Shown: one piece after another, positions 18,399-28,332 of the stretch
How positions within the stretch are numbered: position 1 is the stretch's first letter
How the letters are laid out: the number at the start of each line of letters is the position of its first letter
Source: a virus
Taxonomy: Duplodnaviria; Caudoviricetes
IMG/VR virus record: IMGVR_UViG_3300020187_000040
Coordinates: 1-57,045 of that record
Direction: 5' to 3' (one strand)
DNA: 57,045 bases
Position numbers and translations under genes: made by a program
The notes under the pieces: model-generated
Told to the model about the DNA's origin: nothing
Seen by the model: only the letters and a program-made list of their open reading frames with translations
Databases searched by the model: none

Positions 18399-21300
18399 CC
18401 GCTAAGCTCTCCACCTATTCGCTTCTCCTCTCGAATAACTTCGAGTACCTTTGTCTTGATCTTCATGGCAAGTTGTTGTTCTTGCTCGTATGTTCCTTGT
18501 GTCCCTTCGGTGGAAACCTTTTCATTTCCGGATTTGTCAATTGTTACATTGACATTTATATTGTTTGTTACTTCTGTATTTTGATTTGTCGCAGCAGTTT
18601 CTGTTTGGTTCGCTTGCGTTCCTTCTAGTAGAGAGCTGATCCTGTTCTCTACTACAGGGGCAGGTTTTGCTCCTGATGTTGTCTGTGGGGTAGAAATGGA
18701 AGAGCTAGGAGAGCTTGCTGTACCCACTATGCCTCCCTTATAGTACCCTTTCTCTGCCTTACGGAATCCGTCTGGATTTTGCATTGCAAACCTCATCATG
18801 TTTGGATTGTCGCGAAGCAACTTATCTGTAGAGCTTCTTCTTATGATAAAATCCCCTTCGCTTAGTCCAACTGGGCCCACATTGTCCACACCTCCCGGTC
18901 CGTCAATGATAGGAATTGATCCAGTGCGATTCATTTTATTTAAATTGTCATAGCCTATACGCCTTGCAATTGGTGCTGGTATAAAAGATTCTCCTGCAGT
19001 CAACATGGCTGGAATTTCTCCACCGGAAAATACTTCTAATGGTTTGCCCCTGTCTATCCCTGTGCCGGGCCTGGTGGGATCTGACCACATTTCCATTTTA
19101 CCCATTTGAGTGCTATTTATCTTGTTTTGCAAATCTTGAGCGGTAGCGCCTCTAAAATTAGGATTATTTGCTGCTGTCTTTTTCTGAGCAATATGCCAGC
19201 TTCCATACTTCTTTCCACCCCTGAGTCTAAACTCGAAATTACTCATTTCATTGCCTTTTGCATTGGATGCAAAATCGCTAGAATACATTTTGCCATTATA
19301 CTCTAGTGGATTCCCAGACTCTATACTTTTTGCTACATCTTTATAATTAACATCGTGCAATCCAGCTTTTCTTGCGGCTTTAAATGCTTCAGAGTGTTTC
19401 CCTAATCCACTGTGGCCAAGAGCTACATTTTTTCCTTTTTCTATAAGCGAATTGATCGGTCCTTTGGCTACTTCAAGGGCCTGCGAGACCGCAAAAGATG
19501 CCACGGTTCCTACAATCGATCCAATCCTAGACATTCTTTCACTAACTTTTCTATTTTTCTGAGCCACACGATATGAAGCTACATCCAATAAATGCCCTCG
19601 ATACTCTTCCATAACTGGATCTTTAGCTAGAAGCTTCCCGCTTGATCTAGGGTCTCCTCTTGAAATTGAAAGTGTGGAATCCAAGTTCAAATTCTTAAAC
19701 TTGTTCATGTCAAATTCGGGCGGCTTTTCTTTATCTAAATCCTTGTTTTGCATTTTCTTGGCGACATACCTCGAAGCTTCCTGCATCGCAAGTGCCTGAA
19801 CTAGTCCACTCGCTCCAGCTTTAACTCTTTGTGCAGTCCCGCCCTCTTCAAAGTGTTGCAACATGCCGCCATCTTTTAATGCTTTTGCAGCCTTTTTAGG
19901 TACTACAAATTCGCCCGCAGTAAGCATGGCCGGAACTTTATCGACCCCGGGTTCGCCCTCAACAAATCCACCCTTTGCAAATTTTTGTATTTTACCGCCG
20001 AAGAAATGTTCAGGCATGTAACCATGCCTTGGTCCGTTTGGCACCGGTATAGCCTCAAGGGCATATGTTAATTTTTGTCCAAATTGTTCGACAGTGCCAA
20101 CTACAGAATTAAGACTCCGAGACATTCCGGTTGCAGCCTTGTCTATATTTTCATATCCAAAATCTCGCACATTAGACTCGTACTGAGGAGTGTTATTCAT
20201 TTTTGCTTGAATCTGAGCAATCGCAGGTTCCTGTGTATTCTGATATCCATGGTATGTGGTTGGGACATCAGGCACTTCTTGGTTTTGTCTGTTAACTTGA
20301 TTATTAGCATCCTCTGCAGCTTGCCTATCTTTGGCGGCTTTCACCATGGCTGCAGTTCTTTCTGCGGCTTCTTTTCCTAGTTTCACAGCTTGTTCTTCGG
20401 TTGCTGCTGATTGAATTTCAGCGGCTCTTTTTGTGTTTGGATCTGAGAGCGAGACATTATTAGGGTTCGCTCCTGTTTTTGTCACACCAATATCTGCCCT
20501 GCTCGCAGCTTGCTCTCCAACTATTCTTTGCTGATCCTCTACAGACATTCTTAGTGCATCAAGCGAGCCAATCAGCTGAGTATTTGCATCAATTAAATGA
20601 TTATTGGATCCAGCTATTTTCTCGGCCTCAGAAAGTGCATTCTCCCCAGTAAATGCAAATGTTAAATTTTTAATAATCTGATCGATGTTGTGTTCCATCA
20701 TACGGTCAAGCAAAACATCCGCCAATCCTAAACCAAAGTCAGACCATGCCTCTTTGGCACTCTTTGCTCCACTTCCGATATCTTTAAAGAGTTGCTTCAT
20801 GCCGCTTCGGGTTTGATCTAGTCCTATGTCAACTAAATCAGCCCCAAGATTTTTGGCGGCCACATCCATCTCTGCAATTTTCGTACGCATTCTATCAAAT
20901 GCACGCGATCCTTTTTGTAATTGTTTGTTTGTTTCTTCTAGCGACTGAGAGAAGGCCAGGGCATCTTCTGGGCTGCCAGTTATCGTTGCCCTCATGGCGG
21001 CTTCTCTTGTTCCTCTAATTCCAGTGGCCCTTTCTGTTGCAATATCCGAACCAACACTCAATCTTAATTCTTGCTCGCTTACCGCCGCTTTTCTTATCGC
21101 ATTCTCTAACCCGATTAATTTATTAGAAGATTCTTGCAATTCATTAGCTTGCTGTAGTAATCTTCCTTGTTCACCCATTGCACTTAATACTAATGCTTTT
21201 TCGGCATTAATTAAAGCAGACGACTGAGCAGAAGTAATTTCTTCTTGAATTTGTAAATCTGCTTGTTTTTTTAGCTCTTCAGATCCTGCTAACAATTTTA

Positions 21301-24300
21301 ATTTAGTAAGATTATTTCTGGCGGTTGTTTCTAGGGTAGTGGTCTCTTCTTTTATTTGTGACCCAATTAATGCTTCACGAGTTATATTGTAGCTTAAATA
21401 TTCATTTCGGAAAGCTGCATCTTTGGCGGCTGCACCGGCAGAAATAACTTCGGTTTGCATTTTAGCTCGTTGAATAATCTTAAACTCTTCAGTATCCCGA
21501 AGTATATTTTCTTGAACTTGTAATTGCTTGAGAGATAATAGTGCAGCTTCTGCATCTGTACGGTTTTTATTTATTTGTGTTTCGTAGGCTTTGTCATCAA
21601 GGACGCCGCTCTCCATGATCTTTTTAAGGCTATCTTTTCTAAAATGATTAATGACAGCCAGAGTGTCAACTTCGCCCTGTAAGTTTTTAACCATGGATTC
21701 TGCGGGGCTCTTTTGCTCAGCAAAAATCATAGCCAGTTCCCTAGCTCCCTTAACTGTTTTTTGTTTTATTAAATTTAAAGCCTTTTCGCTTTCTAATCCA
21801 GCCCTTGCTACTTTAGCAGTTGTTTCAGCTGTTTGCTTAGATCTTCTAAGACTATCACTAGTTTTCTTGGCTACCTCTATGTCTTCTGCCTTCATAGTAG
21901 TAAGCTCCATATGATGTTTTGCCAAAAGCACAGACATTGCTAAAATTGAATTTTGATTATCTCCATATTTTGCGGTAAGCTTATTTATAATTTCTTGATT
22001 ATCTGTATGATCTTTAACCTCTTTCCCTAATTCCTTAAAGAATGTATTTAGATCTTGAATTTGGCCTTTATCTAATCCGCCCAATGAATCGCTAACTTCG
22101 GCAATCATCTGAGGATTTAATCCTTTTTGAATTGCATTTTTGAGTTCAGCAACGCCAGCTTGAGCATCTTTAGCATCGCTATTAAATCGAGAGCTTAAAG
22201 CGGTAATGTTTACATATTTTTTACGAATAGCCTCAAGGCTACTTAATGCATCTTGATTAGCTTTTAATTTATCTGATTCAAGTTTTTCAGTTATTGCTGC
22301 ACCATCTAGGGCTGCTTTATTCTGTATAGCGGCAGAGCGACTAATCATTTCATATTCACTCTGTAAATCAATCAAGCTACTATTAATCTTTCTTTTAGAC
22401 TGAGTAATAATATTATCTAATTTATTTTGATGAATTATTTCTTCTCTTTGTTTTTTATAGTTAGCTACTATTTTAGTATATTCAGACAGTAGTCCAGCCT
22501 TAGCTTGTTGGGCTTTTTTGGTATCCTCGCGCTCTCTTTCTGATACTTTTATTTGTTCATTTAATGCATTAATGAAAAACTTTTTCTTTTCTGCAGTTTC
22601 TAAATCTAAAGACTCTAGTCCGGAAATTCCTTGAATATTTCCTGCTGCTAGGTTTTTCTTGATCTGTCCTTTTTTCTCAGGACCAAGGTCTACCGCTATT
22701 TCTGCAATTTTATTCGCTAAAAAGTTGAGTTCTTCTTTTAAGTCATCGCTAGGAGCGCGTCCTTCAAACATTCCGAATTCGTCTCCTGTTTTCTTACCGA
22801 AATCTTTAATGGCTGTAGCGAAAGCCATTTGAACCGCTTCTTGTTTTGCTATTTTCTCGAGCACACGGACCAATGCTTCTGTGCCTTTAACTTCTCCAGA
22901 CTTGGCCTTGTTAACTTCATTTATTAAATCCTTATTCTTGAGATTGGCCGTGTCGACTTGTGCAAGTTTAGACTGTAAACTAGTCTGCTGCTTGATTTCT
23001 TTTATTCTTAGACTAATTAGTTCCTTTTCTTGCTTTAATGTTCTGCCCGCCCCAATAATTTCGAGTTTAGACATTTTGTCCCTAGTCGAGAAAAGACCGT
23101 TTGCCGCATCTAGAGCAGACTGTGTTTTCTCTGCAGATTCAGCAAGTTTCTCTAATTTTTCCGCAGCTCTATCGGAATTAGATTTGAAGTGTTCAAATAT
23201 ATCTACATCAAAGTATTTTAAAGTTTCATTTAATATAGTGAATCCGGTAATAAGTTGGCCTACTACAGGAGCAAACCTCATCAAGCCTTTACCGAATTTC
23301 ATTACAGAGTTGATCGCCTTGCCTATTCCAGCGCCTTTTCCTCGACCCGCCCCACCAGCACCCGCTCCACCAGTAATCTTTCCTAACATGCCACCTATTC
23401 CCACTTGATCCTTTGGCGCTATATCTGCCATGTCTGTGAGTTGATCAGCAAATTCTTTAGTGGCAATCATGGTAGACATTACAGTACTAACGCCCATACC
23501 AAGTTCAGCTATCTTTTTTGTTGTCTCTCCCCCCGTTTCTGCAAACTCCTGCAAAAATCCATTTGCCATACTAATACTTGATTGAAGGTAAAACAGTTTT
23601 TGCAGCCCCTCCATATTTGAATGGGTATGCTTATCTACCTCTTCCTTATTATCCTTTAAGGAATTAGTGCTCGATTCTACTTGATTTTCAAAATCTTTAA
23701 ACTTCTGACCCGCCGGGCCTCCAGCCACACCACCGACTACAAAGTTAGGCATAAACCCTCCAGCTGCACCATGACTCTTAGGATCTAGCCCCATGCTTTT
23801 TGCCCGCCTGATTCCTTGCCCAACCCCAGCAGGCTCATCTCTCGTATTAGTAACAGCAAGACCCATTGGATTTCCGGGGCCTTTTAATTGATTACTTTGT
23901 TCAATTTTTATATTGCTTGCTGGAATTCCGGCGGCCTTTTCTCTCTCTACCGCTTCTGCTAATGGGTCTGCAAAGTTAGGAACAAAACCACCAGATAATA
24001 TTCTATAATCTTCTGGATATTTTTTTAAATCCTGAAGAGTTTTTCTGTCGTAAAATTTAGACAAAAATTGAAGCATAGTCTGTCCGGGCTTGAACTGAGT
24101 CTCACCTCCTGCAAACTCCTTTAAATATTCTTGGTGCATCAAGTTTTTTGACTTGATTGTTTTCTTCTTAAAAGGAGTGGTATTATCAAAAGGAATTATA
24201 TCTGCAAAGTTTGGAATGAGGCCGCTTGATGCATCACTAAAGTAACCTAAACTTCTGCCGCTGTTATACTTTTCAACCTTGTCTTTAAGGTTTTTAATAA

Positions 24301-27300
24301 AAATACCATTTAAATCAATCGTGCCCTTTCTGTCTTGAATCGCAGATCTTGACGCATAATGTTTAGCACCCTCCCTCCCCATAGATGGGCCGCCAAGACC
24401 CTTTAGGTCTTTACTTGCCTTTGCTTTAAACCCTTGAGTTTGTTTATTTATTTTTGCAATCTCTTGTGGGTTGGTGTCCGTATGGTTTTGTAAATAATTA
24501 GCAAAATCTGTTAAAGTAAAATCATCTCCCCTAAGACCCCAGCCATTTGGACCTTTAGACCATTTGATAAATTTTTGCCAGTAATGAAAGTTTGGGACGA
24601 AACCATCGTGGGATAATCCATCGCTAAGTTCCTCTGAGGAAGGAATTGCAGACCCTCGCCCTAGACCATACAAAATTTGTTTTTGCTTGTCTGGAACCTT
24701 AAGGTAATCCCTCATATATGAAAAGTTTATATTAGTATACGGATCAATTTCTCTCAGTACCCCTGGCAATCTTCCGCGAATATCTACAGGCCTTATAGAT
24801 TCACTAACAAATTTAATGCCACGCCTTGAAGAATTACCTATCATATCCGCAAAAGGAAATGCCCCAAAATCTATCGTGGAAGGCCTTCTTCCTGGCCGAC
24901 TTGTAATGTCCATTATTTTATTATCAACTTGCTTTTTAGTTTCTATGGAATTGGCTAATTTTTTAAATATACTTTCTGCCCCATGACCTTTGGGATTACT
25001 CGTGAATATAGGATCCCCATGATCGTATACCCCATCAATATCAAATAACTCTTTGTTTCTTTTATTAAAGTATGATGGGTCAATATTTTCAATATCAATC
25101 GCTTGAGGGCCTTTCATGAAAGGCCTATCAAAGGCTTGTTCTGAAATTAGTTTCTCAAAGGCATCTCCTCTGATATATTGAGCGGGTCTACCTTTTCCTT
25201 CACGTTTGTTTACGCCACCAGGAAGTCCCTTAACTAAATTAACATACTCATTATATTTTTTATCGCCTAAAATTGTTTTTGCACTTTTCCCCATACTTTG
25301 ATTTGGGTTTGCGGAGGCATTCAGGATTTGGTTATTTTCATCAAACTCATTGATTAAACTTGCCCTACTGTCATATGATCCATTTTTTAAATTATTTAAT
25401 ATTTCATGATAATCATATTTTGCTGACTTACCGCTTTTACTTTCCAAGCTGCGAAAAAAGCTCCACATTTCATCAAATTTTTCTTTTAATTGATTTTTTG
25501 CCTCCTTATTGTAGGGATTGGTATGGTTAATAGGAGGGAAGATATTGTCTGGCCTTTTTACTCCTATCTTTTCAAAGTCTGCACGCTCTTTTATCGAGGC
25601 TTTTTTTCTAACAAATTCCCGATAAATCGACTTCCAATCTTTTTTAGAAAAACTAGGCACAAATCCCCCACTCATGCCCCACATATCCACATCAGCTTCA
25701 GAAAATTCTCCACCCTTGCCTGAACCCTTGATCCCCAGCTTACCTGCTAATTTTTGTGCTTCTTTTAAATTCTTTCCTTGTAATCCTTTTCCTCCGCTTA
25801 TTTTATTTGCAGACATCCAATCGCTTAATTCGCGATCAGAAGCCATCCTTAAACTTTTTGATATTATATTTGCCGCACTTAATTTTCCGCTCTTTACCTC
25901 ATGAGCCCCACCAGGACCAATGATATCTACAGGATAACTCTGTACTCCTTTTTTGGTTTTTGGGTCGTATGTTAATTGATTCCCGCCAACTTCTTTATTT
26001 AATAAATTAAGAGCCTTTCTTTCTGCAAATTGATCCTGACTAAGCTTGCCTTGCCCTCTTCGGCCCGGAACTGGAGGTCTTACATTGAACATTCTTTCAA
26101 TTGAATGAACACCGGCCCCAGATAATGCACTGAATGCTTCAAATAATGTTTCTTTGCCTGATATCTTTTGCTTTCCGCTATCTGAAGACATAATAATATC
26201 TTTTAGACTTGCGGACATTTTCAAGGGCTGGCCGCTAGCAAACAGCTTTTCAATCTCTTTATAATTCACTCCAGTTGCGCGGGCTATATCCATTGAGCCC
26301 CCAAACAGTCCAAGCCTGGACTTATCCATGACCAACTTGTTGCCCATAACTGAAGCAAAATTAGGAACAAATCCTCCGCTCGCATATGGGTTAAAGCCGT
26401 GTTTTTCTTGAAATGCTTTTTGATATACCCCACCCGCCCTACTACTCTCTGGTGGCATAATCGCAGGTTGCTTCATACCCGGAAATTGCTTAACTGTTTC
26501 AGCCTTATTGTAAACTATATCTCCCATCCCCTGTACATGCATCGAATCAACAGGTCCCGCACTGTATCCACCCATTGCAGCCCCTCTTCTTTCTTTCCTC
26601 CTTGATGCTTCTGGAACCAGCCCTCCTGATGCCCCAAGGTCTGGGGATATTCCTTTTGCGACCAAAGGCCCAGCTAGAGACTGAGCAATTCTTCTTTGTT
26701 GCTCCATAGCACTTGTCTGAGCTTCTATGATACCCAGCATGAATTTTTCTTGAGCTAATCGATCTCCCTCTAAATTGTTTAAAGATTGCTGAATATTATG
26801 GTTCCTAGATAATGCATCCACAATAGAATCTTCCATCTGTTTTATTCTATCTTTTTGGCTAACTACTCCAAGTACATCTTTCATTGAGTTTGAAGCAAAC
26901 TTGGCGATATTCATAAATAATTTTATAAATATAGCACCAAATGCGATTGCCGCAGGACCCGATACGACATTTCCAATGCCCCTAACTAACCCTTTACCAA
27001 AAGTACTACCCTCTTCTTCTCCTCCTCCTAGGGCTCCTCGTATCTCTTGGATTCTTTCGTTTACAAACTCAAGAGCGTCTGCCATTTGCGGGCCGATAGC
27101 TAGTTGCCCTATAGTTGCTGCTAATTCTTGAAGGTTTGTGCCGGCTTGACTCGCTAATGCAGAAACCGTCTTGTTTAATAATTCATTTTTCCTGGCAGCT
27201 TCTCCGGATGCATCTGCAGATATTTTAGTGGCTTGAGCATGTAAACTATTTTCTTTTGAGAGATCTTTTAATGTCGCCCTAAACACATTGGCTTGAAATA

Positions 27301-28264
27301 TTCCTGCGGAAAATTGCACAACATTAGATTGTTGCGATTGAGTTAATTTATCAAAGGTTTTCGCCATATTAAGCAAAACTTTATCTGCAGGCAAAATTGC
27401 CCCGCTCAAGTCTCTTACAACTATTCCCATTTGCTCTAATTGATTTAAGGCTTCTGGTCGTTGTATTCTGGTGAAAATAGTTTTCAAACTGTTACCAATA
27501 ACCGCGCCACCTCTAGCTGTAGTTTGTTGAAGAGCCGCAACAATACCAACAAGGCTATCAAACTCGACACCAGCATCAATTGCAACAGCACCGGCGCGCT
27601 GTAAGGCATTAATTAAATCCTCAGAACTAACTGCAAAGTTAACATCTACCGCTGATAATTTATCAATAATATCAGTCGTAGTCAATCCGGCATCCCCGAA
27701 TGCATTAACCGCCGCTGTTAATCCAGCTACAGCATCTGCAGCCTTCAGGCTCGTTAACCTGGTGAGTATCAAAGCATCATTGGTTCGCTTTATGACTTCT
27801 TCTGTGGATAAACCTTGCCTGGAAAACTCTAGTGCAGCTTCCGCCGCAACATTAAAACCCTGAGCAGTATTCCTCGCTGCATCAAACAGTCCCTCCCCGA
27901 AGGATCTTATCTGGGAGTTTGATAAGCTTAATACCACATTAATATCAGCAAGGGTTTTCTCGAATGCTACAGCCTCTGTAACCAAACTTTTGAAAGCACT
28001 GCTTATCCCGTCAAGGATCGCAACCGATGCACCAAAAGCTATAACACGAGCATTTGAAGCTTCTAAAGATTTCGTAAACTCATTCGCAGATGCGTTGATT
28101 CTACCAAGTGGCTGTGTAAAGCTTTTTTCATTAACACTAAACCCTACATTCTTGCCGCTAATTTTATTAACAACCTTGTTGATTTCATTGGTGGCACGAT
28201 CCAGGCTACGCTTAACACCCTGGGTGTTAACGCTTAGATCAATATCTGCTCTTATTCCTGCCAT
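18395..28264 (-). CDS. Tail tape measure protein (TP901-like core) with internal cassette array and C-terminal PAMLTAGE repeats
   Basis: 3289 aa. N-terminal FEKTLADIN...EFSRQG...GGAVIGNSLKTIFTRI core, long Ala/Glu/Lys helical tracts, hydrophobic segments, and DKVPAMLTAGEFVV near the C-terminus. Located between tube and tail-tip genes. Confidence 0.92.
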   Translation of the reverse strand: MAGIRADIDLSVNTQGVKRSLDRATNEINKVVNKISGKNVGFSVNEKSFTQPLGRINASANEFTKSLEASNARVIAFGASVAILDGISSAFKSLVTEAVAFEKTLADINVVLSLSNSQIRSFGEGLFDAARNTAQGFNVAAEAALEFSRQGLSTEEVIKRTNDALILTRLTSLKAADAVAGLTAAVNAFGDAGLTTTDIIDKLSAVDVNFAVSSEDLINALQRAGAVAIDAGVEFDSLVGIVAALQQTTARGGAVIGNSLKTIFTRIQRPEALNQLEQMGIVVRDLSGAILPADKVLLNMAKTFDKLTQSQQSNVVQFSAGIFQANVFRATLKDLSKENSLHAQATKISADASGEAARKNELLNKTVSALASQAGTNLQELAATIGQLAIGPQMADALEFVNERIQEIRGALGGGEEEGSTFGKGLVRGIGNVVSGPAAIAFGAIFIKLFMNIAKFASNSMKDVLGVVSQKDRIKQMEDSIVDALSRNHNIQQSLNNLEGDRLAQEKFMLGIIEAQTSAMEQQRRIAQSLAGPLVAKGISPDLGASGGLVPEASRRKERRGAAMGGYSAGPVDSMHVQGMGDIVYNKAETVKQFPGMKQPAIMPPESSRAGGVYQKAFQEKHGFNPYASGGFVPNFASVMGNKLVMDKSRLGLFGGSMDIARATGVNYKEIEKLFASGQPLKMSASLKDIIMSSDSGKQKISGKETLFEAFSALSGAGVHSIERMFNVRPPVPGRRGQGKLSQDQFAERKALNLLNKEVGGNQLTYDPKTKKGVQSYPVDIIGPGGAHEVKSGKLSAANIISKSLRMASDRELSDWMSANKISGGKGLQGKNLKEAQKLAGKLGIKGSGKGGEFSEADVDMWGMSGGFVPSFSKKDWKSIYREFVRKKASIKERADFEKIGVKRPDNIFPPINHTNPYNKEAKNQLKEKFDEMWSFFRSLESKSGKSAKYDYHEILNNLKNGSYDSRASLINEFDENNQILNASANPNQSMGKSAKTILGDKKYNEYVNLVKGLPGGVNKREGKGRPAQYIRGDAFEKLISEQAFDRPFMKGPQAIDIENIDPSYFNKRNKELFDIDGVYDHGDPIFTSNPKGHGAESIFKKLANSIETKKQVDNKIMDITSRPGRRPSTIDFGAFPFADMIGNSSRRGIKFVSESIRPVDIRGRLPGVLREIDPYTNINFSYMRDYLKVPDKQKQILYGLGRGSAIPSSEELSDGLSHDGFVPNFHYWQKFIKWSKGPNGWGLRGDDFTLTDFANYLQNHTDTNPQEIAKINKQTQGFKAKASKDLKGLGGPSMGREGAKHYASRSAIQDRKGTIDLNGIFIKNLKDKVEKYNSGRSLGYFSDASSGLIPNFADIIPFDNTTPFKKKTIKSKNLMHQEYLKEFAGGETQFKPGQTMLQFLSKFYDRKTLQDLKKYPEDYRILSGGFVPNFADPLAEAVEREKAAGIPASNIKIEQSNQLKGPGNPMGLAVTNTRDEPAGVGQGIRRAKSMGLDPKSHGAAGGFMPNFVVGGVAGGPAGQKFKDFENQVESSTNSLKDNKEEVDKHTHSNMEGLQKLFYLQSSISMANGFLQEFAETGGETTKKIAELGMGVSTVMSTMIATKEFADQLTDMADIAPKDQVGIGGMLGKITGGAGAGGAGRGKGAGIGKAINSVMKFGKGLMRFAPVVGQLITGFTILNETLKYFDVDIFEHFKSNSDRAAEKLEKLAESAEKTQSALDAANGLFSTRDKMSKLEIIGAGRTLKQEKELISLRIKEIKQQTSLQSKLAQVDTANLKNKDLINEVNKAKSGEVKGTEALVRVLEKIAKQEAVQMAFATAIKDFGKKTGDEFGMFEGRAPSDDLKEELNFLANKIAEIAVDLGPEKKGQIKKNLAAGNIQGISGLESLDLETAEKKKFFINALNEQIKVSEREREDTKKAQQAKAGLLSEYTKIVANYKKQREEIIHQNKLDNIITQSKRKINSSLIDLQSEYEMISRSAAIQNKAALDGAAITEKLESDKLKANQDALSSLEAIRKKYVNITALSSRFNSDAKDAQAGVAELKNAIQKGLNPQMIAEVSDSLGGLDKGQIQDLNTFFKELGKEVKDHTDNQEIINKLTAKYGDNQNSILAMSVLLAKHHMELTTMKAEDIEVAKKTSDSLRRSKQTAETTAKVARAGLESEKALNLIKQKTVKGARELAMIFAEQKSPAESMVKNLQGEVDTLAVINHFRKDSLKKIMESGVLDDKAYETQINKNRTDAEAALLSLKQLQVQENILRDTEEFKIIQRAKMQTEVISAGAAAKDAAFRNEYLSYNITREALIGSQIKEETTTLETTARNNLTKLKLLAGSEELKKQADLQIQEEITSAQSSALINAEKALVLSAMGEQGRLLQQANELQESSNKLIGLENAIRKAAVSEQELRLSVGSDIATERATGIRGTREAAMRATITGSPEDALAFSQSLEETNKQLQKGSRAFDRMRTKIAEMDVAAKNLGADLVDIGLDQTRSGMKQLFKDIGSGAKSAKEAWSDFGLGLADVLLDRMMEHNIDQIIKNLTFAFTGENALSEAEKIAGSNNHLIDANTQLIGSLDALRMSVEDQQRIVGEQAASRADIGVTKTGANPNNVSLSDPNTKRAAEIQSAATEEQAVKLGKEAAERTAAMVKAAKDRQAAEDANNQVNRQNQEVPDVPTTYHGYQNTQEPAIAQIQAKMNNTPQYESNVRDFGYENIDKAATGMSRSLNSVVGTVEQFGQKLTYALEAIPVPNGPRHGYMPEHFFGGKIQKFAKGGFVEGEPGVDKVPAMLTAGEFVVPKKAAKALKDGGMLQHFEEGGTAQRVKAGASGLVQALAMQEASRYVAKKMQNKDLDKEKPPEFDMNKFKNLNLDSTLSISRGDPRSSGKLLAKDPVMEEYRGHLLDVASYRVAQKNRKVSERMSRIGSIVGTVASFAVSQALEVAKGPINSLIEKGKNVALGHSGLGKHSEAFKAARKAGLHDVNYKDVAKSIESGNPLEYNGKMYSSDFASNAKGNEMSNFEFRLRGGKKYGSWHIAQKKTAANNPNFRGATAQDLQNKINSTQMGKMEMWSDPTRPGTGIDRGKPLEVFSGGEIPAMLTAGESFIPAPIARRIGYDNLNKMNRTGSIPIIDGPGGVDNVGPVGLSEGDFIIRRSSTDKLLRDNPNMMRFAMQNPDGFRKAEKGYYKGGIVGTASSPSSSISTPQTTSGAKPAPVVENRISSLLEGTQANQTETAATNQNTEVTNNINVNVTIDKSGNEKVSTEGTQGTYEQEQQLAMKIKTKVLEVIREEKRIGGELSG

Positions 28265-28332
28265 TTTTCCTTATACCTTATAATAAAACCTTAAAAGGTT
28301 ATTACACTTAAAATTTTTACATTTAAACTACA

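Noticed and set aside
23741-26629. TMP inserts as inteins or introns
   Set aside because: No C/S...HN-C/S/T splice junctions or LAGLIDADG motifs, and the reading frame is continuous.
18386-28283. Many 60-175 aa plus-strand ORFs opposite the TMP and other long genes, including possible immunity genes for the cassettes
   Set aside because: They lie fully antisense to strong genes, lack start signals and have shadow-like composition.
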